The translations under genes and the position numbers were made by a program. Under the pieces are notes generated by a model, which was given only the letters and a program-made list of their open reading frames with translations, did not search any database and was not told where the DNA came from. From a virus, in the IMG/VR virus record IMGVR_UViG_3300042881_006586: DNA of 64,000 bases; one strand, 5' to 3'. This document shows, piece after piece, positions 1-9,383 of the stretch (positions within the stretch are counted from its first letter, which is position 1; every line of letters begins with the position of its first letter).

Positions 1-29
1 CATTTTTTAAGATATTTATATTAAAAATA

Positions 30-1034
30 ATGAAAATAAAAGTCAACGAAGATACTTTTAAAGCTTTAAGAAGAAAAAGGCTTGAAGAGGATTACGATTT
101 ATCTGTATTTCAGATGAAAGATACATTATGTCCTGATATCTTTGATGCTAACGAAAAAATGATTCCTGAAGTAAGAAAAAATCTTTTAAAAATAGCTGAA
201 GATTTTTATAAATATTTAGCGGTTGAGTGGGTGAAGTATGAAGACATAATCCTTACAGGTTCTTTGGCTAATTACAATTGGTCTAATTTATCTGATTTAG
301 ATTTACATGTAATTCTTCCATTTGAAGAAATAACAAAAAATAAAGAATTAGCTGATAATTATGCCTATGCTCAAAAGGAGCTTTGGAATGATAGACATGA
401 TATCAATATAAAAAATTTCCCTGTGGAATTATATGCACAAGATTCTGAAGGGACTTTGGTTGCAGGTGGAATTTATTCGGTTCTATATGATAAATGGATA
501 AAAAAACCTGAAAGAACTACTTTACGTTTTGATGAAGCATTGATTCAAAAGTTAATAAATTTCTTTCAAGATAAAATTGATGGTTTGTATAAAAAATATA
601 CAATGGGAAATTTGAATGGTTTATTGGATGAAATTGATGCCATCAAAAAAGCAATAGCTGATATGAGGCAAAAAGGATTGAATGAGAAAGGAGAATTTTC
701 TTCGGGAAATATTGCATTCAAAAGTTTGAGAAGAATGGGTCTTTTGGAAAAATTGGGAGATATGAAAGCGGATGCTTATGACAAAGAGATGTCTTACGGT
801 GAAAAAGAAAAAGTTCAACCTGTTCAATCAAATAAACCTGCATTTGAACCAATAAATGAACCTAAAGAAGATAAAAGGATTCAACAAGGTGCAGGAAGAT
901 ATTCTATTTTTGGAAGAAGATTTACTTCTTTAAGACAGGCAGAACGTAAACTTGGAATACCAAAATCTACGCTTCAATATAGAGTAAAATCAGATTCTCC
1001 TGAATTTTCTCAATATAAAGAGCTTCCAATATAA
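30..1034 (+). CDS. Pol-beta superfamily nucleotidyltransferase with C-terminal NUMOD1-like HTH
   Basis: GS..DxD motif (TGSLANYNWSNLSDLDLH), downstream VELY acidic residue; C-terminal FTSLRQAERKLGIPKSTL resembles a NUMOD1 helix-turn-helix. Confidence 0.75.
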   Translation: MKIKVNEDTFKALRRKRLEEDYDLSVFQMKDTLCPDIFDANEKMIPEVRKNLLKIAEDFYKYLAVEWVKYEDIILTGSLANYNWSNLSDLDLHVILPFEEITKNKELADNYAYAQKELWNDRHDINIKNFPVELYAQDSEGTLVAGGIYSVLYDKWIKKPERTTLRFDEALIQKLINFFQDKIDGLYKKYTMGNLNGLLDEIDAIKKAIADMRQKGLNEKGEFSSGNIAFKSLRRMGLLEKLGDMKADAYDKEMSYGEKEKVQPVQSNKPAFEPINEPKEDKRIQQGAGRYSIFGRRFTSLRQAERKLGIPKSTLQYRVKSDSPEFSQYKELPI

Positions 1035-1083
1035 TAAAAATTAAATATTTCAATAAATTAATATATTTATAATAAAAAATAGT

Positions 1084-1323
1084 ATGGCTATTAAAGAACC
1101 TTGGAATATATACGGAGGATATCCTATAAATTGTACATGTGAAAATATTAGTGCGGTTGCTGATAGTGGTTCATGGACTAATGTTAGTGGTAATTCAATA
1201 GATTATACATACATTGGCAACAATGTTGAAACTGCAGAATATAAAACTAACGGTGTTACGATTTTCACTCAAACATTTGCATATGATGGAAATAACAATG
1301 TGATAAGTATTACAACAACTTAA
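1084..1323 (+). CDS. small putative virion protein
   Basis: ORF behind TATTTATA motif; beta-rich C-terminus (YTY..TAEYK..TQTFAYDGNNNVISIT). Confidence 0.5.
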   Translation: MAIKEPWNIYGGYPINCTCENISAVADSGSWTNVSGNSIDYTYIGNNVETAEYKTNGVTIFTQTFAYDGNNNVISITTT

Positions 1324-1324
1324 A

Positions 1325-1753
1325 ATGAGTAGATGTACACAACCAACCGTAACTGATACTATAATTTGTGCTAAAGTGTGTTATCAACAATTTAATGATA
1401 ATCCTTTAGCAAAATTTTTGTTTAATGATTATGTTCTTGTGGATGATTCTACTTATTATGATGCCAATCTTATTTCTTTGAGAGAAATTCGTTGGAAGGT
1501 TTTTGTAGGCGATTATTTTTTTTATGATTTTGGGTGGAACAATGTTACAGATATTGTTTTGAGTTTAGGGAACGGTTCTACTTACGGTCAATTAGATTTA
1601 GGATTTCAAAATCAAGACATAATAACTTTTTTTGAATCTTTACCATCAACTCAAGTCCCTGTAGGAACAAAGTTTTGCATGCAATTGGATGTTAGAGATA
1701 ATTCAGGAGTTGAAAGTAACAATATATCAAATACTTATTGCTTTATAAAATAA
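1325..1753 (+). CDS. hypothetical Cys-containing putative virion protein
   Basis: 142-aa ORF starting 1 nt after the upstream stop; 5 Cys. Confidence 0.5.
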   Translation: MSRCTQPTVTDTIICAKVCYQQFNDNPLAKFLFNDYVLVDDSTYYDANLISLREIRWKVFVGDYFFYDFGWNNVTDIVLSLGNGSTYGQLDLGFQNQDIITFFESLPSTQVPVGTKFCMQLDVRDNSGVESNNISNTYCFIK

Positions 1754-1762
1754 TTTAAAAAT

Positions 1763-3361
1763 ATGATATTAAAAGGAAATGATGCTTTAGAAAAAGCTAA
1801 CAAAATGATGGAATCTCTTAATGTTTCACAGAAAGTGGATTCTTTTTCTAATGTAGAAAAAACTTTTTCTGCATATAATGGAAAACGTTATGGCATCGTA
1901 AAAGAAGGAACAAAATATATTATCAAAGAAGCAGTTGTTAAGAATGCTAAAAATCCGAATGATTTTGCATATATTGATGGAGTTCAAAACAAATCAAAAT
2001 ATTCAAAAAATACTTTGTTGGAAGCAGAAAGAACTTTGAATCTTTGGAATATTGAATTCAGTCGTGTTTATGGCACTTCTTTGATTAAAGAGCAAGAAGA
2101 AATGCCTGAAGATGAAGAGCCTACAAAAAAGACTGTATTAAAAGTTCCTGCTAAAAAAAGTGCTGCACCTGCAATGGATATGCCTCCTATGGATATGGCA
2201 GCTCCTGCGCCTGATGCAACTGCTCCTATGGATGCTCCTATGGATGCTCCTGCTGAAGAGATGCCAACAGATATGCCTCCGATGCCTGCAGGTGAAGAAG
2301 GTGCTGAACCAATGCCTGAAGAAGGTGATGAAGATGAAGAATCGGGTGTAGACCCTAAGAAATCTATTCAAAAACTCGCAGGTAAGTTGGCTTATGAATT
2401 AAGAGAATTTGAAGGTGAAGACGAAGATTATAGCGATATATATAAATTTGCAACTTCAATGGTTATATCTGCTGCAGATGCGGATAAAATTACTGAAAAG
2501 GATAAAAAGGCTATCAAGAATAAAGTCGAAAAAAGCTTGACAGTTGATGAGGAAGATACACTTCCTGAAGATGAAACTGAGGAAATGCCTGAAGAAAGTG
2601 AAGAAATGCCTGCAGATGAAGAAGGTGCTGAACCAATGCCTGAAGAAGGAATGGAAAAAACTTTGGCTGAAGCTTTGAAAAGAATCAAAAAAGCTAAAGC
2701 AGGATTATCTAAGTCGCAAAAAATACATTTTGATAAAAATGGTGATAACAAAATCACTCCAATAGATTTGAAAATGTTGCGTAAAGGCAAAAAGGAAGAA
2801 TCTGTAGAAATGCCTATGAATGAAGGTTTGAAAGGAAAACCTATCAGTGCTTGGATTAAAGATTTTATGGATTCAAAAAATCCTAAATTCAAAGGGAAAT
2901 CTAAAAAGAAAAGAAGAGAAATGGCTATCGCTGCATTTCTTGAACATGAAAGAAGTCAAGGGAAAGATAGTTCTGTTACCTATGTGAAAGGAAAAAAATC
3001 TAAAGGTAAAAAATCTTTGAAAGAAGGTAGCGATTATGGAATGCCTATGGAAGCAGATTATATGGCTGAAGATAATTTTAAATTTGATGAAGGGAAAAAG
3101 AAAGATAAACTTCTTTTGGATAAAGAATATATGTCTGAAGAAGATGTATATGAAGCTTATATGATGTCTGAAGAAGAATATATGATGTCTGAAGAAGAAT
3201 ATATGATGAATGAAGATGAATATATGATGTCTGAAGAAGAATATATGATGAATGAAGATGAATATATGATGAATGAAGATGAATATATGATGAATGAAGA
3301 TGAAGATTTGATGGAAGATGATTTTACTTTTGAAATGGATTATAGTCAAAAAAAAAAGTAG
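1763..3361 (+). CDS. acidic low-complexity putative head core/internal protein (possibly extended by -1 frameshift to 3525)
   Basis: E/P/M-rich, many hydrophobic-x-E sites, EF-hand-like DKNGDNKI; ends at an A10-G-TAG run. Confidence 0.6.
   Translation: MILKGNDALEKANKMMESLNVSQKVDSFSNVEKTFSAYNGKRYGIVKEGTKYIIKEAVVKNAKNPNDFAYIDGVQNKSKYSKNTLLEAERTLNLWNIEFSRVYGTSLIKEQEEMPEDEEPTKKTVLKVPAKKSAAPAMDMPPMDMAAPAPDATAPMDAPMDAPAEEMPTDMPPMPAGEEGAEPMPEEGDEDEESGVDPKKSIQKLAGKLAYELREFEGEDEDYSDIYKFATSMVISAADADKITEKDKKAIKNKVEKSLTVDEEDTLPEDETEEMPEESEEMPADEEGAEPMPEEGMEKTLAEALKRIKKAKAGLSKSQKIHFDKNGDNKITPIDLKMLRKGKKEESVEMPMNEGLKGKPISAWIKDFMDSKNPKFKGKSKKKRREMAIAAFLEHERSQGKDSSVTYVKGKKSKGKKSLKEGSDYGMPMEADYMAEDNFKFDEGKKKDKLLLDKEYMSEEDVYEAYMMSEEEYMMSEEEYMMNEDEYMMSEEEYMMNEDEYMMNEDEYMMNEDEDLMEDDFTFEMDYSQKKK
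3158..3304 (+). repeat. 7 x 21-nt coding tandem repeat (YMM[S/N]E[E/D]E)
   Basis: tatatgatg(tct/aat)gaa(gaa/gat)gaa units read directly. Confidence 0.9.
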
Positions 3362-3521
3362 TTCCTCCGAAATATGATGGAGTTTTCACTGAAAAAGTTC
3401 CTGTTCCTAAGAATAAAAAAAGTTTGACAAGAGCTCCTGATGGGACAATAATTGGGAGAGAGTATGGAGATGATGATTATTATTTGAAGGTCAGTCCTAA
3501 TAAGTTCAAAATGTTTAACAC

Positions 3522-3938
3522 ATGAAATTAGTTTTTGTAAATTTTGTAGGAAGCAATTTTAGAGGTGATAATTTATATGAATTTTTATTTTCTTCTGAAG
3601 ATTTAAGTAATGTTACAGGTGAAGATTGGGATTCTTATCCTGCAAATGGAAATCCAAGACCTCCTATTGATTTTGTAGAGCAGGCATATAAATTAGAAAC
3701 TGAAAATGAATTTGAATTAATACAGAATCATGTTTCATTTGATATGAGCGATTGTAAACAAGGAATCATTGCAATAGCATGGGAAGCTGAAAAAGACGAA
3801 TCTATTTTTGATAAAAGATTATTTTTTAAATTCGGTGAAACTTTAGATAGCGTGAAATCAAAATTATACGAAAAAGATTTATTTATAGAAAAAATATATG
3901 GAAAAGAAAAACAATCTACTGATAGAACAAGCGATTAA
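3522..3938 (+). CDS. phage hypothetical protein
   Basis: 138-aa ORF, typical composition, upstream of terminase. Confidence 0.6.
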   Translation: MKLVFVNFVGSNFRGDNLYEFLFSSEDLSNVTGEDWDSYPANGNPRPPIDFVEQAYKLETENEFELIQNHVSFDMSDCKQGIIAIAWEAEKDESIFDKRLFFKFGETLDSVKSKLYEKDLFIEKIYGKEKQSTDRTSD

Positions 3939-4245
3939 AAAAGCTTATTTGAAGGAGAATGAAGAAAAATCTTCAAAAGCTCCAAAAGAACCTCATATGG
4001 AATGTGATGAAATGGTTGATAAGATTTCAAAAGATTTAATGAAATTACAAGAAATTTTAAAGAAAATGAAAATCAAGAAAGATTCTCCACCAATGAAAGA
4101 TGTTCGAGAAATGTATAATGTTATTTCTAATTTTAAACCATCCAACGCAAATCTTAAAGAATATGTAGAAATGAATACTCAAGAAGCTGCTAATGCAATG
4201 GTAAAGGAATCTAAAAACAAAAAACGTTATTACAGAGTAGATTAA
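3898..4245 (+). CDS. hypothetical protein with LIE/LKE leader (putative head-internal protein)
   Basis: TATTTATA at 3880-3887 embedded in the upstream gene; leader LLIEQAIKKAYLKE. Confidence 0.55.
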   Translation: MEKKNNLLIEQAIKKAYLKENEEKSSKAPKEPHMECDEMVDKISKDLMKLQEILKKMKIKKDSPPMKDVREMYNVISNFKPSNANLKEYVEMNTQEAANAMVKESKNKKRYYRVD

Positions 4246-4266
4246 TAAAAATAAGATAATAATGAT

Positions 4267-4297
4267 AAGGAGATTTTGAAAATAAATCTCCTTTTTT
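4267..4297 (+). terminator. intrinsic terminator
   Basis: aaggagattt-tgaaaat-aaatctcctt followed by a T run. Confidence 0.75.
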
Positions 4298-4327
4298 GTT
4301 TTTAAGATATTTATAAGAAATATTGAT

Positions 4328-6106
4328 ATGAATCAACAGATGACAAAGGCAGATATTCAAAAGGAATATATGATTGGAATGTTGAATCCTGCGTTTCTTA
4401 TTGAAAAATATATGAAGACTGTGGATTTAACAAGAGGTGGTTTTGTGCCTTTTAAATTGTTTCCTCGTCAAAAAGAACTTGTAGGCTGTTACGATAAGTA
4501 CCGACATAACATTGTTACAAAACCTCGACAGACAGGTATTTCTACTACTACTCAAGCATTTTTAGCAGTTAAAGCTGCATATGCTGATACAAAGAAACCT
4601 GAAATTATAATGATTATTGCAAATAAATTTTCTTCAGCTAAAAAATTTATAGCAGGTATCAGACTTTTTTTATCTCAATTGCCAAGATGGGTTTGGGGTG
4701 CTAATTATGACGATTCAAAAGAAACAGAAGGTCATATAAAAGGTAAAGGTTCTACAGAAACTTTAGAGTTAATGAATGGAACTATTATAAAAGCAGTAGC
4801 TACATCTCCCGATGCTCTGAGGGGTTGGACTCCTACATACTTAGTTATAGATGAGGCTGCATATGTAGAAACTTTTGCAAAGGAGTTATATACTGCTTCA
4901 ATGGCAGCTCTTATTACAGGGGGTAAAATGATAATCATTTCGACTCCTAATGGTAAAGATGAATTATATTATAAAACATATATGAGTGCCAAATCAGGTG
5001 AAAATGGATTTAATATAGTTCAATTGAAATGGTACGAAGACCCAAGATATAATAAGAACTTGGAATGGCAAAAGGATGATGAAAATGGTAAAACGGAAAT
5101 TGTAAAAGAAACTGAATATACATTTGCTTCATTTGAAAAAATGGAGAAAGCAGGGTATAAAGCTTATGCTCCTTGGTATAAGGAAATGTGTGCAATGTTG
5201 AACAATGATAAGTTATCTATTGCACGAGAATTAGATGTTAAATTTGAAGGTTCTGCAGGTACTGTAGTTGAACAAGAATGGATTGAATATCATGAAAGGT
5301 TTAATGTTCAAGAACCTATTGAAAAACATGAGATGGAAGATAGACTATGGTTGTTTGAATATCCAATAGAAGGACATGAATATATGATGGGAGTGGATGT
5401 TAGTAGTGGTAATGCTGATGACTATTCTGCTATTGTTATTATTGATACTGTTACAGGAAATCAAGCTTTAGAATTCAAAGGTAAAGTAAGACCTGAACAT
5501 CTTGCAGAAATTGTTTTCAAATGGGGTAATATGTTTTCCGCATTGACAATTATAGATACTACAGGGGGGTACGGTGATAACTGTATTTTAAAATTACAAG
5601 AATTTGAATATAAGCATTTATATTATTCCAAGGGAACTGTTGAATTTATGAAGAAAAAACCTGTATTGACTTATAATGATAATAAATTAGTTGCAGGTTA
5701 TAAAATAAGTTCAAAAAGACCTCAAATTATAGGAAAATTGACAAATGTAATTGAATCTAATGAATTCAAAATAAGGTCTAAAAGATTTACTGCAGAATTA
5801 GAAACTTTCATTTGGGTAAATGGAAGACCTGACCATACATCAGGGTTTAATGATGACTTAATATTTGCTGCAGCACTTGCACTTTGGGTATTGGAAACAG
5901 ATTTCAAGAGTTTAGAAAAAGCAACTCAATCAAGAAAAAGTATTTTGAATGTACTTGGTAATGGCGGAGTAAGAGTTAAAAGAGAAATTGTAAATGGTAA
6001 TAAACCAATTATCACTCCTTCAGATGTAAAAAATAGAAAAGATGGTAATTTTATTTATAAATCTGAACAAGACCCTACAGGTGAACATAGTTGGCTTTTC
6101 AGATAA
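4328..6106 (+). CDS. terL: terminase large subunit (T4 gp17-like)
   Basis: FKLFPRQ adenine-binding motif, KPRQTGIST Walker A variant, LVIDEAA Walker B, ISTPNG motif C, GVDVS..DYS nuclease, DDL. Confidence 0.95.
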   Translation: MNQQMTKADIQKEYMIGMLNPAFLIEKYMKTVDLTRGGFVPFKLFPRQKELVGCYDKYRHNIVTKPRQTGISTTTQAFLAVKAAYADTKKPEIIMIIANKFSSAKKFIAGIRLFLSQLPRWVWGANYDDSKETEGHIKGKGSTETLELMNGTIIKAVATSPDALRGWTPTYLVIDEAAYVETFAKELYTASMAALITGGKMIIISTPNGKDELYYKTYMSAKSGENGFNIVQLKWYEDPRYNKNLEWQKDDENGKTEIVKETEYTFASFEKMEKAGYKAYAPWYKEMCAMLNNDKLSIARELDVKFEGSAGTVVEQEWIEYHERFNVQEPIEKHEMEDRLWLFEYPIEGHEYMMGVDVSSGNADDYSAIVIIDTVTGNQALEFKGKVRPEHLAEIVFKWGNMFSALTIIDTTGGYGDNCILKLQEFEYKHLYYSKGTVEFMKKKPVLTYNDNKLVAGYKISSKRPQIIGKLTNVIESNEFKIRSKRFTAELETFIWVNGRPDHTSGFNDDLIFAAALALWVLETDFKSLEKATQSRKSILNVLGNGGVRVKREIVNGNKPIITPSDVKNRKDGNFIYKSEQDPTGEHSWLFR

Positions 6107-6133
6107 AAATAATATATTAATATAAAACAAATA

Positions 6134-8653
6134 ATGGAAGGGAATCAGCCTATAATAACAAAATATAAAAAGTTAACCCAAAGCTTTTTGAAGGATAATC
6201 CTTATGTTGATGATAAAGCAACAGCACAGAATCCTAATAAAACTATTTATACTACTAAGGATAAAAAGGATTATGAAACAAAGAAGCTTGAAAAGCAACA
6301 GACTAAATTTTTAAGTGGGCAATGGCAGAAAGTTAAAACTCATATTCAAGAGAAATCTTTGTTATATGAAACTCAGAGATATCCTGCGTACTTAGATTAT
6401 GACTTAATGGAATATTATCCAATTATAGGTCAAGCTTTAGATATTTTGATGGAAGAATGTACAACTGTAAATGCAGAAGGTAAGATTTTAAATATTTATT
6501 CTGAAAGTAAAAGAGTTCAAGATGAACTTAAAGAGTTGTTTTACAATAGGTTAAATATTCATACCGTACTTCCAATGTGGATACGAAATCTGCCTGTCCG
6601 AAAAAACAGTATGATACCCTTGTTAGATGGTTCAACAATTTCTATCGAAGAACTTTCACAAAAAGTGAAGTCAGGCGAAGAGATATGGACATATTCTGTA
6701 CAAGAAGGTACAAATGACATTGTTCCAAGTAAAATTGTTTGGTGCGACTTAACAAGAAAGAATTCTAAAATTTATAGAGTTACTTTTGATGATGGTACGT
6801 ATACTGATACCACACCTGACCATCAATATATGATGAGGAATGGTTCGTATAAAGCTGCAGAAAATTTAAATGTTGGTGATAGCTTAATGCCTTTTTACAC
6901 TAAGGAAGGAAGTAATAAAAGTCGATTAGTAAATAAAGCTGAAAGAGTATATAATCCTAAAACTAATGATTATAAGTTGACACATAGAATTCTTTCAGAA
7001 AATCTCTTAAATAGTGGATTAATTAAATTGAGAAAAGGTAGTTTATCTATTTCAAACGGAAAATTAGTAAATCACAAAGTAGTTTCTGTTGTTGAATTAG
7101 ATGAATTAGATGATGTATATTGCATGGAAGTGCTTGGCCCTAACGGTGAGCATGATAGGCATAATTTCGCTATTTGTTCAAGAGATGAGCATGGAAATTA
7201 TAGTAGGAATGGGGTTTTCGTGGCAAATTGTAAGTATGGTGATAATTTTGTTTATTTGCAGATTGACGATGAAATGGGCATTGTAGGAACAAGACAATTG
7301 GCTAATATTGAAGTTGAAAGAGTTGAAGGGACTACAAATGCAAGAAATAAAGCTACATTAAAAAATCATGAGGATGAAGTAATTTTCCGTTGGAAATCAA
7401 CAGATATTGCTGAGTTCAAATATTGGCAGATTGCACATTTCAGGCTTCTTATAGATGATAGAAGACTTCCTTATGGAGTTTCTGTTTTAGAAAAGGCAAG
7501 AAGAATATGGAAAAACTTGCTTCTTGTGGAAGATGCTATGAGAACTATAAGACTTTTGAGAGCAATTGATAGAAGAGTTTATTATATAAATGTAGGTAAT
7601 ATTGACCCTAATGATGTTCAAGCTTATATTGAGGATATTGCAAGTAGATTTAAGCGTAAAAGACATATTGATGAATATACAGGTCAAGAGGATTTGAAAT
7701 ATAACGTAATGGGGTATGACCAAGATTATTTCATTCCTATAAGAGATGCAAATGAAGGTACAAAAATTGATACGTTGGCAGGTGCATCCAATATTGACCA
7801 AATTGCGGATATTGAATACGATTTGAATCAATTATTTGCTGCTCTTGGTATTCCTAAACCATTTTTGCAATATGATGCTGCTGCAGGTGAAGGAAAGAAT
7901 TTAGCTATGGCGGATGTTCGTTTCGCAAGAAAAATAAATCGTATTCAGCAAGCAGCTCTTCAAGAATTAAATAAAATAGCAATGGTTCATTTGACACTTT
8001 TAGGGTTAGATGATGAATTGCATAATTTTGAATTGTCTTTGAATAATCCTTCAGTTCAAGCTGAGGTGATGAGAACCGAGCAATTTGCAGCCAAAATAAA
8101 TTCTTTCAAAGATGCAGTTGCAGATGCAGGAAAAGGTATTTCTGCTTTATCTGTAACTATGGCTATGAAAAGAATATTAGGTATGACTGATGATGAAATT
8201 AAATTGAATCTTGAACAGCAATTTATGGAATCTGTAGCAGCTGAAGAAATGAAAACTGCTGCAACAAAGGTCAAATCTTCAACCCTTTTTGATGGCATAT
8301 TAAAATTATATGGAATAGAAGCTACAGGCGATGCCCCTGCTGCTCCAACAGGAGAAACTGTAAGCTCTGACATGGGCGGTGGTGGTGGTGGAGGCAACTT
8401 CACTCCAACAGGAGCTTTGGAGATGGGTGGTGGAGGAGCTGATATGGGCGGAGGAGCTGAAGCAACAGCACCTGAAGCAACAGCACCTGAAGCAACAGCA
8501 CCTGAAGCAACAGCACCTGAAGCACCCCCTGCGGAAGAAGCTACACCTGAACCTACAGCAGAATCTTTTATAAACAATAAGAAAGACAAATTAATCATGG
8601 AGAGTGATGATGAATTGGAAAGAATTTTAGAAATAATGAAAAAAATGAAATAA
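6134..8653 (+). CDS. portal protein (T4 gp20-like) containing an intein
   Basis: WIRNL/CKYGD extein, IAHFRL, LPYGVSVLEKARRIW, RRVYYINVGN, DYFIP; follows terminase. Confidence 0.92.
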   Translation: MEGNQPIITKYKKLTQSFLKDNPYVDDKATAQNPNKTIYTTKDKKDYETKKLEKQQTKFLSGQWQKVKTHIQEKSLLYETQRYPAYLDYDLMEYYPIIGQALDILMEECTTVNAEGKILNIYSESKRVQDELKELFYNRLNIHTVLPMWIRNLPVRKNSMIPLLDGSTISIEELSQKVKSGEEIWTYSVQEGTNDIVPSKIVWCDLTRKNSKIYRVTFDDGTYTDTTPDHQYMMRNGSYKAAENLNVGDSLMPFYTKEGSNKSRLVNKAERVYNPKTNDYKLTHRILSENLLNSGLIKLRKGSLSISNGKLVNHKVVSVVELDELDDVYCMEVLGPNGEHDRHNFAICSRDEHGNYSRNGVFVANCKYGDNFVYLQIDDEMGIVGTRQLANIEVERVEGTTNARNKATLKNHEDEVIFRWKSTDIAEFKYWQIAHFRLLIDDRRLPYGVSVLEKARRIWKNLLLVEDAMRTIRLLRAIDRRVYYINVGNIDPNDVQAYIEDIASRFKRKRHIDEYTGQEDLKYNVMGYDQDYFIPIRDANEGTKIDTLAGASNIDQIADIEYDLNQLFAALGIPKPFLQYDAAAGEGKNLAMADVRFARKINRIQQAALQELNKIAMVHLTLLGLDDELHNFELSLNNPSVQAEVMRTEQFAAKINSFKDAVADAGKGISALSVTMAMKRILGMTDDEIKLNLEQQFMESVAAEEMKTAATKVKSSTLFDGILKLYGIEATGDAPAAPTGETVSSDMGGGGGGGNFTPTGALEMGGGGADMGGGAEATAPEATAPEATAPEATAPEAPPAEEATPEPTAESFINNKKDKLIMESDDELERILEIMKKMK
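6593..7228 (+). mobile_element. atypical mini-intein (212 aa) in portal, Pro at position 1
   Basis: PVRKNSMIPLLDG block A, TPDH block B, VYC block F, GVFVAN/C end; removal restores WIRNLCKYGD. Confidence 0.85.
8459..8518 (+). repeat. 4 x 15-nt tandem repeat (EATAP) in the portal C-terminal tail
   Basis: gaagcaacagcacct x4. Confidence 0.95.
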
Positions 8654-8679
8654 AACAGATATTTATAATAAAAAATAAG

Positions 8680-9372
8680 ATGAAAAATTACGCACTCATA
8701 GTTCAAGGGTTTGAATCAATTTTGAAAGAGTCATATGAAAAAAATGACAAAAAAACCACTTCAACTATTCTTAATGAAATAAAATCCAATAAAGAATTGT
8801 ATACGCTTTATGCTATTGTAGATAATTTGAAAAGGGGTAAAGTTACAGAAGAAAATGTTGATAATTTCATAAATGAAAATATTGAATTTGCAAAGGAAAT
8901 AAATTATTCTAAAATAAAATTCCCTTTCAATAATCCTATTAAATCTGATGAAGAAATTTACAATAGTATTGGAAAGATTTTATTTGAAGAAAAAAATCCT
9001 TTCAATTTAATGGAATATAACGAAGCGTATGCTAATGTCCGTAATAATCTTTTAGAATCCAATATCAGTCTAAAAAATCTCAAAGAAACTGTTCAAAAAT
9101 TAAGTGAAAGTTTTGAGGTTTTAGAGGATGCTGATAAGATTCTTGTAGAAGGATTTGTATCTACTCCAAAAAATGAAAGAAGTATGTTATTTGAAACTGC
9201 AAAAAGCACTTGCATTACTTTGATTAATAAACATATTTCAAACTGTGAAGATGATAGTTCAAAGATAAAAATGTATGAAACGAAAGATGTTGTTTTTTCA
9301 ATGAATTATAATGAAAATAATTTTATCAATGATATGATAAGACTTCATGATTTCAACAAACAGTTAGTATAA
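8680..9372 (+). CDS. hypothetical head-module protein
   Basis: 230-aa helical ORF after the portal, with its own TATTTATA motif. Confidence 0.6.
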   Translation: MKNYALIVQGFESILKESYEKNDKKTTSTILNEIKSNKELYTLYAIVDNLKRGKVTEENVDNFINENIEFAKEINYSKIKFPFNNPIKSDEEIYNSIGKILFEEKNPFNLMEYNEAYANVRNNLLESNISLKNLKETVQKLSESFEVLEDADKILVEGFVSTPKNERSMLFETAKSTCITLINKHISNCEDDSSKIKMYETKDVVFSMNYNENNFINDMIRLHDFNKQLV

Positions 9373-9383
9373 ATATAAAAAAA

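Noticed and set aside
3158-3304. Short repeats as a CRISPR array
   Set aside because: They are in-frame coding repeats with no unique spacers and no cas genes; the same applies to 8459-8518 and 12989-13129.
4519-4551. Terminase Walker A lacking the usual Lys (KPRQTGIST)
   Set aside because: KxRQxG(I/F)ST variants are known in terminases and all other motifs are intact, so this is not evidence of inactivity.
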